Assembly (NCBI RefSeq): GCF_000019345.1 | Contig: NC_010503.1 | Location: 60,001 to 92,000 of the forward strand | DNA: 32,000 nucleotides | From: Ureaplasma parvum serovar 3 str. ATCC 27815 | Lineage (GTDB): Bacteria > Bacillota_I > Bacilli_A > Mycoplasmatales > Mycoplasmoidaceae | Reading direction: 5' to 3' | Part shown: positions 10,046 through 22,172 of the stretch, piece by piece | Layout of the letters: each line of letters opens with the position of its first letter | Position numbering within the stretch: position 1 is the stretch's first letter | Notes under the pieces: model-generated | Seen by the model: only the letters and a program-made list of their open reading frames with translations | Told to the model about the DNA's origin: nothing | The model's database searches: none | Made by a program: the position numbers and the translations under genes

Positions 10046-10270
10046 ATGGCATTAACAATTGTTTTAATCTTGTTTAGTGTTCTAGCTTTAATAATAGGTT
10101 TATTATTATCAAGAACTTCACCATCTGGTGGATTGTCAAGTTTAAATGGACAAGATCTAGAAATTTTTAAAAAAACAAAAGACCGTGGTTGAATTAAAGG
10201 TTTACAAGTCTTTATGTTTTTATTAACAATTGTTATGATTTTAATAATAATTTTTTATAGAGTGAGCTAG
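10046..10270 (+). CDS. secG: preprotein translocase subunit SecG
   Basis: This 74-aa ORF with one in-frame TGA is not in the track. It has two hydrophobic helices, MALTIVLILFSVLALIIGLLL and GLQVFMFLLTIVMILIIIF, flanking a Gly/Ser-rich loop SPSGGLSSLNG. It sits directly upstream of rnr-smpB, as in Firmicutes. Confidence 0.7.
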
Positions 10271-12436
10271 ATGAGTGATTTTACGAAACAAACTATTACC
10301 GAAGTAATTTCTAAGGAAGAGCGCCCAATACCCGCTGCTATTCTTGCTAAAAAAGTGTTAGAAAAAATACCCACTTTAAATAAAACTGATGTTTATAAAC
10401 TAATTGATTTATTAATTCAAGAAAATACTATTAAAAAATTAGAAAATAATCGATTGGTTATTGGTTATCTAGATTATGAATTTGATCACGAGATCAAACA
10501 AGGAATAATTACTATCAATTCAAAAGGTGATGGCTTCATTAAAGAAGATAATACTGAAATTGAATATTACGTCAACAAAAAATATTTAAATGGGGCTTTA
10601 AAAAAAGATTCAGTTAAATTTGTAAAGTTAAAAAAAGAACCTAAAAACAACCTGCAAGATGCTGCTGTAATTGAAATTGTTGGGCATGCTAAAGACCATT
10701 ATGTTGGTCAATTTATAACTCTTCCTAATGGTGGTTATTACATTTTTGTTGACGATCCTTTATTTTACTTAAATATAAATTTAAAAGATACTACCGGTTT
10801 AGTTAATGGTCACAAAATTCTTTTTAAAATTATTTCGCAAACAACAAAAGATGCTATTGCAGAATTAGTTCATATCATAGGTCATAAAAACGATGTTGGT
10901 TCTGATGTTTTATCAATCGTTTATGATAATGGTATTGATCCAACTTTTGATCCACAAGTTGTTGATTTGGCTTCAAAATTAGAATTTTATGTTGATGAAC
11001 ATCAAAACAAAATTCGACGTTCAATAATTGATCGTGAAATTATTTCTATTGATCCTGTTGGTTCTAAAGATATTGATGATGCTGTTTATGTTAAAAAATT
11101 AAATGATCAACGTTACTTTTTAGGTATTTCTATTGCTGATGTTAGTTTTTATGTACAACCTAACACCATTCTTGATGCTGATGCTTTTAAAAGGGGAACA
11201 TCAACATATTTAGTTGATCGTGTTATTCCAATGCTTCCGCATAATATTTCTAATAATATTTGTTCATTAAACGAAGGTGAGTTTCGCATGTGTATAACAT
11301 GTGATATGGTAATTGACAAAGATGGAAAAATATGTTGAAAAGATGTTTATCCTGCTATCATGAAAAATTATCGTCAAATGTCATATGATGAAGTTAATGA
11401 TTTTTATGAAGGAAAATCACGTTTTGAATCAGCAACATTAACTATGAAAGAAATGTTATTAGAAGCTAAAGAATTGCACCATATTTTAAGAAATAAAAAA
11501 ATTAAAGATGGTTATGTTGATTTTGATATTAAAGAACCAAAAATTATTTTAGATGAAACTGGTGTCCCTATTGATATTAAAATTTACGAACGTAAAACTG
11601 CTCAAATGATGGTTGAAGATTTTATGATTGCAGCTAATGAGGCTGTAACTATGTTTGCTGAAGAACACATGGATAAAACACTAAAAGAATTTAATTTAGA
11701 AATGCCTTTTATCTATCGTGTTCATGATAAACCATCAATTATTAACTTACAAAAATTTGAAATTGAGGCAAAAAAATTGAGTTTCAATATCTCACATGAT
11801 TTTGAGAACATTCAACCTAACACTATTTCAAATTGACTAAAAATGAATGATAATCATGTTAACTTACCATTAATTAGTAAATTATTATTAAGATCAATGG
11901 CTAAAGCTTCTTATGAAATTATTAATACGGGACATTTTGGTTTAGCATCTGATAACTATACACACTTTACATCACCAATACGGCGTTATCCAGATTTAAT
12001 TGTACACCGTTTATTATGAATGTTTATTTTTGATTCTCAAAGTTATACAGATAAACAACGAGTAGAATTAGTAAATAAACTGAAGTTAATTACTGAAGAA
12101 TCAAATAAAAATGAAATTATAGCAGTTAAGACTGAACGTGATGTTAATGCTGCTAAATTTGCTGAATATATGAATTTACATATTGGTAAAGAATTTATTG
12201 GTGTGGTAACAACAGTTTCTAGTTTTGGTGTTTTTGTTGAACTCGAAAATACGATTGAAGGTTTAATTAGAATTAAAAATTTAAAAGATGATTTTTATGA
12301 TTTTATTCCTGAAAACATGACTTTAGTTGGTCAAAAAAGAAAGAAAATTATTACTGTTGGCAATAAAGTTCGTGTACGTGTTATTGAAGCTAACAAACTT
12401 ACAAGAAAAATTGATTTTGAACTAGTTGCACAATAA
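10271..12436 (+). CDS. rnr: ribonuclease R (RNase II/R family, VacB)
   Basis: Track ORFs 10271..11338, 11360..11836 and 12020..12436 are all in frame 2, joined by TGA codons at 11336, 11834 and 12017. The RNB motifs are [12 protein letters not shown] and [26 protein letters not shown]. The C-terminal S1 domain reads [20 protein letters not shown]. Confidence 0.92.
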
Positions 12437-12483
12437 AAAATATAAGACTTAAAAAAATTTATTTATAATACACAAAGAAGATG

Positions 12484-12511
12484 ACTAAAGTAAATATTTA
12501 GTCGTTTTTTA
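12484..12511 (+). terminator. rho-independent terminator after rnr
   Basis: The 7-bp stem pairs gactaaa with tttagtc. The loop is 7 nt and is followed by g plus a T6 run. Confidence 0.55.
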
Positions 12512-12635
12512 ATTGCTAATTATCATAAAATGTTACATTTTTATATAAAATATAACTTTTTTGCGATTAAAATTTCTTTTGAACTAATAAACTTTACAAT
12601 TTATTAATAAAGAAAGGTTTTTAGTATTTTTAATA

Positions 12636-13061
12636 ATGATTGTATCAAATAAACACGCACGTCGAAATTATGAATTACTAGATTTTTTTGAATGTGGAAT
12701 CGTTTTAAAAGGAACTGAAGTTAAATCTATTTCACGTGCTAATTGCTCAATTAATGAAGCTTATGTCCAAATAATTAAAAATCAAGCTTTAATTTTAAAT
12801 ATGCATGTTGCAAATTTTTTTGAGGGTAATAACTTTAATCAAGATCCATACCGGAATCGAAAACTATTATTACACAAAAAAGAAATTATTAGACTTCAAC
12901 ATTTAGTGAAAACACAACATATGACAATTGTGCCAACCAAAATTTATTGGAAAAATAATAAACTAAAGATAGAGATTGCTTTAGGAAAAGGTAAACAGCT
13001 TCATGATAAACGTGAGGATATAAAAAAAAGAGATTTAGCGCGTGAAACGCGTTTATTTTAA
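12636..13061 (+). CDS. smpB: SsrA-binding protein SmpB
   Basis: This is an intact 141-aa ORF. NKHARRNYELLDFFECGIVLKGTEVKSI and the basic C-terminal tail are typical of SmpB. Confidence 0.92.
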   Translation: MIVSNKHARRNYELLDFFECGIVLKGTEVKSISRANCSINEAYVQIIKNQALILNMHVANFFEGNNFNQDPYRNRKLLLHKKEIIRLQHLVKTQHMTIVPTKIYWKNNKLKIEIALGKGKQLHDKREDIKKRDLARETRLF

Positions 13062-13080
13062 TATTAAAGGAGGAATTATA

Positions 13081-14820
13081 ATGAAAAGTGTTTGAAAGAT
13101 TTTGTTAATAAAACATAAATTTTTATTTTTCTTTATTTTATTTTTAAATTTAGTACAAGTTTTATTAGTAATTGGTTCTCCTCTTTTATTATCAATTCTT
13201 AATAATGGTAATTATGCATCAACAACCGCTGACGCTTTTATTTATGGCGGTGTGTTAATCGCCATGGCTATAGGATGAGCAATATTTTCTATTTTTACAA
13301 ATTACATTTCAACCGTTTTTCAAATTATTGTTGAAAGTCGTTTACAAAAGAAAATTTTTGAAAAAACAATGTTCTTAACATATGCAGATAAACAAAAATT
13401 TAATCAATCAATTTTATTAACAACTTCAATAAAAGACGTCGAAGAACTTTCAAAAACAATTATCTTTTTAACACGACCTGTAATTATGGGAATTTTTTAT
13501 TTCATTGGAGCAATTATATTATTATTCATTATTAGTGGTAATTTATGACAAATCCCTTTAACTGTAGTTTTGATGGCTTTATCAACAATTATTATTTTTA
13601 TGATTATTTCAAAATTTAATGCTAAAAATTGAAATAAAATGCGTGTTGCTAATGATGAATTAGCAAAAGTGTCATTAGAAAATGTTAGTGGAGTAAAAGT
13701 TATTCGTTCTTTCTTATTAGATGCATTTTTTTTAACAAAATTAGATTTTAAATGAAAAGATAATGTTTCTAAATCTATTATTGCCAATCGAATTAGTAAA
13801 GTAAGCATAGCTATTGTTACTTTTATCATTTATGTTATTACTCCGGTTATTTTAATTATTGGAATTTGTACTAATTCTATGAAAGCAACAAACATTTTAT
13901 CAATCATGCAATCAACTAATTTATTAGTTTTAGGAATTGCGTTAATTGGTTTTGGAAGCGAACAGTATTTTAGATCTATAGTAAGTATTAAAAGAATTAA
14001 TGATTTAATTTTTTATAAAAATCAAATTGTTTATAATGGTACAAAAGAAATTAATAACAATAATATTGAATTCAAAAATGTAAGTTTTAGGTATCATAAT
14101 TCAAAAAAATGAGCAGTAAAAAATATTTCTTTTTCAATTAAAGACACTGATCGCGTAGGAATCATTGGAACCACAGGTGCTGGAAAAACGACATTAATTA
14201 AATTACTGATGCATCAATTAGAACCAAATAGCGGAGAAATATTTATTGATAATATTCCTTTAAAAGATATTAAAAAAACAAGTTTGCAAGCTGCTTTTAG
14301 CCTTAATGAACAAGTCCCTTTGCTTTTTTATGGAACTATCCGTGATAACGTATTATTTGGTTTAGAGGATATTGATGAAAACAAAATCAACGAAGTTATT
14401 GAAATTGCACAAGCTAAGGATTTTATTGAATCTAAGAATGAAAAATTAGAATCTCTAATAGCACAAAGGGCTCAAAATCTATCTGGAGGACAAAAACAAC
14501 GTCTAGCAATGGCACGTGCATTGTTGCGCGACGCAAGAACTTTAGTGCTAGATGATTCAACTAGCGCATTAGACATGATCACTGAAAAAAAGTTTTTAAC
14601 TGCACTAAAACAACAAATTAAATTTAAGAATTCGATTATTATTGCTCAAAGAATTAATAATATTTTAGACTGTGACAAAATTATTGTAATGGATAAAGGT
14701 AAGATTGTTGGAATTGGTAATAATGAGACATTACTTAAAACTTGTGCAGTTTATAAAAATATCTATCAACATCAAATAAATAAAGGAGCAGAATATGAGC
14801 CAACAACTACAAACCAATAA
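13081..14820 (+). CDS. ABC exporter half-transporter (TMD-NBD fusion), subunit carrying the degenerate ATP-site residues
   Basis: The strong RBS AAGGAGG lies at 13067..13073. Frame 1 is continuous from the ATG at 13081 through several in-frame TGA codons into track ORFs 13879..14112 and 14209..14820. The Walker A motif is GTTGAGKT and the signature is LSGGQKQR. The Walker B region reads LVLDDS, with Asp in place of the catalytic Glu. The switch region reads IIIAQR, with Gln in place of His. Confidence 0.88.
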
Positions 14821-16591
14821 ACCTGTAAGTAAACTTTATTTAATTTATTATTATTTTAAGGATTTTAAAAAAGTATTTATTGGTTTGTCAATTGCCATTA
14901 TTTTTTGATTATCAACAACTATTGCAGCAACTTTTTTATTACAAGAAACGGTTGATAAATATGCTATTGCTAATGGTATTGTTGATACAGTAGTTAAAAT
15001 GTGTGCAGGATTGATAGGAATTTATTTTTTCTCATTTATATTTTTACTAATTATCAACGAATTTGCCATTCGAATATCTTTTAAGATTGAATCCCATTTA
15101 TCAATGATGGTGATTAATCGTATTCGTTATTTACCAATGAAGTATTTTGATATTAATAAAAGCGGAGAAATTTTTACTAAAACACTAAGTGATCCAACAA
15201 GTGTACAAGATGGAATTGTTAATTTTTATATTGAGTTAAATAAAGCTATATTTGGCGCAATTGGTTTTGGAACTGCTTTATTAATAACAAGTCCTTATAT
15301 TGCTTTAATTGGAATTGTCATTTATGTTCTAGTAATGCTATTTAATATTTTGATATTTAAAAAATCCCATCAATTAATGCGCATAAAACGGCAAAATTTT
15401 GGTGAAATGAACGGATATATTGAAGAAATGATTTATGGGCAAAACGTTGTAGCTAATTTTAATGAACAAGTTTTTTTCATAAAAAAATTAGATAATATGA
15501 TTAAAAAATTATATAAAAATTGAATTAAAGCTCAATATAGTTCTCAAATTATTTTTCCTTGAAGTATCTTTTCTATGCGATTAATGAATGCCGTTTTAAT
15601 TGTGTCTTATTTATTAATTTCTATTAAAGGAATTCATTTGCCAGGGCTTATAAATAATATTGATCCAACAACGAATATTATTTCTTTTGGTGGTTTAGTT
15701 AGTATTTCATTATTTGGTAATTTCTTTTGTGATAATTTTAGTCAATTATCAAATACTATTCCTATTTTTATCGTTGCTAGAACATCACTTGCTAAAATTG
15801 ATGAAATTGTTAAAACTCCTAATGAGATAAATTGAAATGAAAAATTAATAATTGATGCCTCCCAAGGCATTGAAGTGCGTTTTGAAAATGTTAATTTTAA
15901 TTATTTAAAAAATACACCTACCTTAAAAAATATTAATTTTGTTGCCAAAAGGAACCAAAGAATTGCTATTATTGGACCCACAGGTGCTGGAAAAACAACA
16001 ATTACTAACTTAATTAATAAATTTTATGATATTAATAATGGCTTTATTTATTTTAACGATGTTGACATTACAAATAAATCCCGTGAAAGTGTACGTGAAC
16101 ATATTTCTATTGTTTTACAAGATCCTTTTTTATTTAGTGAAAGTATTTATGAGAATATCAAAAAAGGTAAAATGAATGCAACAAAAGAAGAAATTATTGC
16201 AGCAGCTAAAAAAGCTCAAGTTCATGATTTGATCCTTTCATTTCCAAAAGATTATGCTACAGTTATTGATGAAAAACAAAACTTATCACAAGGTCAAAAA
16301 CAATTAATAACTATCGCTCGTGCTATTATTTCTGATGCGAAAATTATTATTTTAGACGAAGCAACAAGCTCTGTGGATACGCAAACCGAACATAAATTAC
16401 AATTAGCAATTAATAATTTACTAAAAGGACGAACATCATTTATTATTGCCCATCGATTATCAACAATTATTAACTCTGATTTAATTCTTGTAATTAAAGA
16501 TGGTGAAATTATTGCACAAGGGAATCATGATTATTTGATTAAGAATTCGCCTTTTTATCAAGAACTTTACTATGCAAATTTTAATGAATAA
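14795..16591 (+). CDS. ABC exporter half-transporter (TMD-NBD fusion), consensus-site subunit
   Basis: The ATG at 14795 follows AAAGGAG and overlaps the upstream gene by 26 nt. Frame 2 is continuous through TGA codons into track ORFs 14999..15523, 15575..15835 and 15875..16591. The Walker A motif is GPTGAGKT, Walker B is IILDEATS and the H-loop is IIAHRLST. The signature is degenerate (LSQGQKQL). Confidence 0.88.
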
Positions 16592-16650
16592 TTGCAATAG
16601 TATGATATTATAAAGGTAGTTAAATACATATATAACAATCAGGAGATTCC

Positions 16651-17445
16651 ATGACATCGTTAGACATAACCACGTTAGTAATTAGTATACTTTCGTTAAT
16701 TGCAACACTATCAATTTCTTTTAATATTTATTTTATTGAATTAAGAAAACAACGCGAACGTAAAATTGAACGTCTACAACAAGAAGCAAAACAATTTATT
16801 ATTAATAACTTAGATGAAAAAGATTTTATTGTTTTGTGTCAATTTATTTATAAATTATATAAACATGATAAACATACAAGAAAGATTCATTATGAATTTG
16901 TTTTATTAAATGAACCTGTTCAAAAAGAGGTTTTTAAACAACTAGAAATTCTAAATATAGTTGATTTTAAAGATAATGAATGAATTGCTAATAAATTTAG
17001 TATATTAAAAGAGATTGTTAACGATTACCAATTAGGTAATTGAGATGATTATAAATTTTATGAAAATTTTAATTTCGCTTATACCTTATTTAGAGAAGAA
17101 AAATGCGATGCGGTCTTTGAAGAAATAAAGCAAAATAAATTCGGTGGTAAAAACTTATCATTTCATGAGTATTTAAATGAATACGCGCATCGTAGCAAAG
17201 AAAGCGATATGCTTGCTCCAATCGATTATTTTATTGATCAAAATAATTTAAATAATGTTTTTGATCGTCAAAAACACGCTATTTATAAACTTTATTTGCT
17301 TGATTTGATTTTAAATGAATTGTGCCGTTCAATGAATAATGACCATCGTATTAATAATGAATTTAAGTATTTTGATTGCGAAGTTATTTATGTTGAAGAT
17401 TTATATTTAAAAATTTTATATAAACTTTATTTTCAATTAAATTAA
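16651..17445 (+). CDS. hypothetical membrane-anchored protein (single N-terminal TM helix)
   Basis: Track ORFs 16651..16983 and 17209..17445 are in frame 1, joined through in-frame TGA codons with no TAA or TAG. The RBS aggag lies 5 nt upstream. I recognise no motif. Confidence 0.6.
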
Positions 17446-17554
17446 TTATTATAAATACTATAAAAAATTAATAATAAAACACTTTATATTTATTTAAAAT
17501 TTTGAATATGAGATAATAAAAAGATAGTGTATTTTAATAATAGGTAAATTATTT

Positions 17555-19036
<1,482 letters not shown>

Positions 19037-19094
19037 AATTGAAATGGAATTAGTAATATTTTAAAGGTGATATATAAAAACTAATAACAATACT

Positions 19095-19134
19095 ACAAAA
19101 TGTTAATAAATCAAACATTTTGTATTTTTTTTTA
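19095..19134 (+). terminator. rho-independent terminator after lysS
   Basis: The 10-bp perfect stem pairs acaaaatgtt with aacattttgt. The loop is 9 nt and is followed by a plus a long T-run. Confidence 0.8.
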
Positions 19135-19323
19135 TTTCCAATTGTTAAACCTAAAGTGTTAAAGTTTATACTAATTAAAAAATATGATAAATTAAAACTA
19201 TCATAAAAAAATACAACTATCAAATACAATGTTATAATTCATCACAATCAGATAGTAAAAAAAAGTAGGTGTGTGAGTTTAAAAACCACTAGTGCCTATA
19301 TATATATAATTGATTGATTTGAA

Positions 19324-19800
19324 TTATTTTTTTAATTCTATTAATAAATGATTAAGTAAATCTGTAAAATTAGTAAAATATTGGCAATGTGATAATATCA
19401 TACCATCTAAAAACTTGTTTAAAACTTCATTGCGGTGTTTGTGAACTCTTCAATCAGTATTTAAAATATAAATTTTTAACGTTGGTTTAACGTGTTTTTG
19501 AAGTGCTACAAAATAACCCATTTCAGCCATGGTGCCATCATCAGTGTTATCAATATCTATAATTGCGATATCAGTTTGATCAATAAATTTAATATCTGAT
19601 TCATAAAAAAAGATATTTGGTTTATGTGCATTAGCACCTAATTCGTCGTTAACTTCGATCGGATTAAAAAGATCAAGTTCATAATTTGGTAATTCATCTT
19701 TAAATGTTTTTCTAATTAAACTAGCTTGTTGTTTTCGATCATTAATTTCAGCTAAGGTGAATAAAGGACCAGCTAAATAAATTTTGATTTTTTTACTCAT
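19324..19800 (-). CDS. nucleoside 2-deoxyribosyltransferase family protein
   Basis: Track ORF 19450..19800 ends at a TGA. Reading it as Trp extends the frame 42 codons to a TAA at 19324, giving 158 aa. The N-terminus is KIYLAGPLF. DDGTMAEMGYF matches the catalytic-Glu block of the family. The RBS aggag lies upstream. Confidence 0.75.
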
Positions 19801-19893
19801 GAATTTACTCCTAAAAATTTAATGTGTTAATCATAACATTATTTAAATTTGCTTTTATTAGTTTTTTTATTTTTGGAATCCAAAAGTTAAAAA

Positions 19894-19934
19894 TAAAAAA
19901 AGATTGACTGTGTTAACTACTCAATCTTTTTTTA
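19894..19934. terminator. bidirectional hairpin terminator downstream of the pepF / small-protein unit
   Basis: The 7-bp stem agattga / tcaatct is flanked by an A7 run on one side and a T7 run on the other. Confidence 0.6.
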
Positions 19935-19967
19935 TGAAAAACGAAAAATAGATTTTAATTAATTTGA

Positions 19968-20234
19968 TTACAATAATGAAATTTCTATTTTATTAATTTC
20001 GTGGTTTAATTCTTTGGTTTTTAATTCCAATGATTTTCTTTTTTGATTTAAACTAATAATTCTTGATAAATTTATTATTAAATAAAATAGCCCTACTATG
20101 GTTAAAAAAAAGATTAAAATAACGGCTATGATTATTTTCATCATAAATTCATTTTTAATTTTATCTAATTCAAACTCAAGATCATTAACTTTTTGCTTCA
20201 ATTCTATTAATTTAGTTTTTTGTTCGTCACTCAT
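19968..20234 (-). CDS. small hypothetical membrane protein (coiled-coil / TM / coiled-coil)
   Basis: This is an intact 88-aa ORF. A central hydrophobic helix IIIAVILIFFLTIVGLFYLII is flanked by charged heptad-like segments. The ORF begins 25 nt after the pepF stop on the same strand. Confidence 0.55.
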   Translation of the reverse strand: MSDEQKTKLIELKQKVNDLEFELDKIKNEFMMKIIIAVILIFFLTIVGLFYLIINLSRIISLNQKRKSLELKTKELNHEINKIEISLL

Positions 20235-20258
20235 ATTAAACCTTTTGAAATTTAAATA

Positions 20259-22085
20259 TTATTTTTTGCTTCTTTTTTTATTTAGTAAAGCAATTGTTTG
20301 TTTATAATCTTTAATTCATAATTTAACAATTTCTAAGGCTTCTTGTCATGCTTGTGGTTTTGTTAAATCAACACCTAGTAATTTAATTGTATCTAATGGA
20401 TCTTTTGAACCACCACTTGATAAGAAATCAAACACTTTTTGTTTTGCACCTGTTACTTTAGTGAAAACACGATGGCCTGAAATAATTGCTGCAACTTGAC
20501 CTACTGCATATTTATATACATAAAAATTACCTACATAAAAATGAGGAATACGAAGTGGAGTAATGCTTGATAATGAATAAATTGAATTTAGATCCTCTAC
20601 AATTGGTTTGTTAGTATATTCAAGTTCTAGTTTTTGATATTCTTTCATAACAACATCTGCCGTAAATGGTGCCCCACTATTAATTAATTCATTAGCAATT
20701 CATTCAAAATTTGAAAAAATTACTTGTCTTGTTGTTGTTGCGAAGAACCCACTAATCATTTCATCTAAAATCATTAATTTCATTTCAAGATCGTTCTTGT
20801 ATTTTTCTAATAAATAGTAGTTTAAATAAACTTCATTTGAAATTGATGCAATTTCCGCATAGAAAATCTTGTAATCACTATAAATTTTTTGTGTGCGATT
20901 AGAATATAACGAATGCATTGAGTGGCCTAATTCATGAACAATAGTTTGTACATCACGTAATGAGTTAGTATAGTTCATTAAAATATAATATTTACTAATA
21001 CCCTTTGTGCCACCAATTGAATAAGCCCCACCACGTTTCCCTTTTTGTGGTAATCATGAAACTCATTTTTCATCGAATGCTCGTTTAATATTACTTACAT
21101 ATTCATCACCTAAAATTGATAATGAATCAATAGCCATTTGTTTTGCTTCTTCAATTGGAATGTCAATTTTTTTAGAAATTAATGGTAGTCCATTATCTCA
21201 AGGTTCGATCTTTGAAACTTTAATTAATTTTTTTAAATATGTATTTCGTACTTTTTTATAATCTTCATTTGTATCTTTATAAAGTTTTACTTGATCATAA
21301 ATTAAAGTAATTAATGATTTGTCAACAACATCATCAAATGCTGCTTTAGCAATATAATCATCAAAGTTTTTTGCTTTTGCTTGTTGATTTAATGATAAAT
21401 AGTTGTAGTACAACATTTTTGTAATTGATTCACGTGAATCATAATATGCTCTATACATTGATAAATAAGCGCTTTTACGCAAAACGCGATCTTTTGATTT
21501 TAAATGAACAAAAGCTTCTGCTTCATTCTTAATTGGGTGTTTTTTACCTTTTGCATCAATAGCATCACTAAATTTCATATCATTATTTGTATATGTTGAA
21601 AAAATTGTTGAAAAACCTTCATCAGCACGTATTAATGTTGAAAATAACTTACTTTGTTCATTATTTAATGTGTGTGGTTGATAACGAAAAATTTCATTAT
21701 ACTTGCGTGTATATACATTTAATTGAGAATCTGTCAAATATTCTTTAATCTTTGCTTCGTTTGCTAAAACTACACTATTATAATTACTTAATGCTGTTTC
21801 TAATTCATAAAAAGAAGCTGATAGTTTTTGTGATCAAGAATTTCATTTTGGATCAACAACATTAGTATTTAAATTATTTGATACATAATTATAAAAACGA
21901 TTTGCAACAATTGTGAATTCTTCTTCTAAAATTTGTCATTGAGCAAAATTTTGTTTTGAATCTAAAAAAGTTGGAAAAGCTTTAATGTATTTAGCTTTTT
22001 TTTCTTCAAATTCAGCATATAAATCATCTAATGATTTGTTGTTTAATAAATCATCAAGATCTCATTCGTATTTTTTATTTTCCAT
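20259..22085 (-). CDS. pepF: oligoendopeptidase F (M3B family)
   Basis: Track ORFs 21198..21737, 20700..20978 and 20346..20648 share one frame with the ATG at 22085. They are joined through in-frame TGA codons, and the true stop is TAA at 20259. The zinc motif is VHELGHSMH. The RBS aaggag lies upstream. Confidence 0.9.
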
Positions 22086-22172
22086 TACAAACTCCTTATA
22101 ACGAATATAATAATTATAATATTTATTAATAGCAATATATAAAGTTAATTGCTAAAAAATAGGAAAAAAATC

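Noticed and set aside
10271-12436. Fragmented ORFs here and in most other genes could be read as pseudogenes or frameshifted relics.
   Set aside because: All fragments of each gene are in the same frame. They are separated only by TGA, never by TAA or TAG. Conserved motifs run across the junctions, so reading UGA as Trp explains the pattern.
13062-13080. A tmRNA (ssrA) gene was expected after smpB, by analogy with Bacillus.
   Set aside because: Only 19 nt separate the smpB stop from the next start codon, and they contain an RBS. There is no room for an RNA gene.
13497-13829. Minus-strand 110-aa ORF, and similar antisense ORFs at 1014..1262, 5160..5381, 6525..6770, 22454..22672, 20098..20307, 23757..23990, 30491..30706, 30955..31158 and 31019..31276.
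   Set aside because: Each lies entirely inside a well-supported gene on the opposite strand. Their products are low-complexity hydrophobic sequence, typical of antisense frames in AT-rich DNA.
19135-19323. The long AT-rich intergenic region after lysS, including (TA)6 at 19297..19308 and a GT-rich patch at 19267..19296, was considered as a possible small RNA, tRNA or minus-strand terminator.
   Set aside because: I could fold no cloverleaf or convincing stem. The best pairing is 4 bp plus 3 bp. The TA repeat is short and expected by chance at this base composition.
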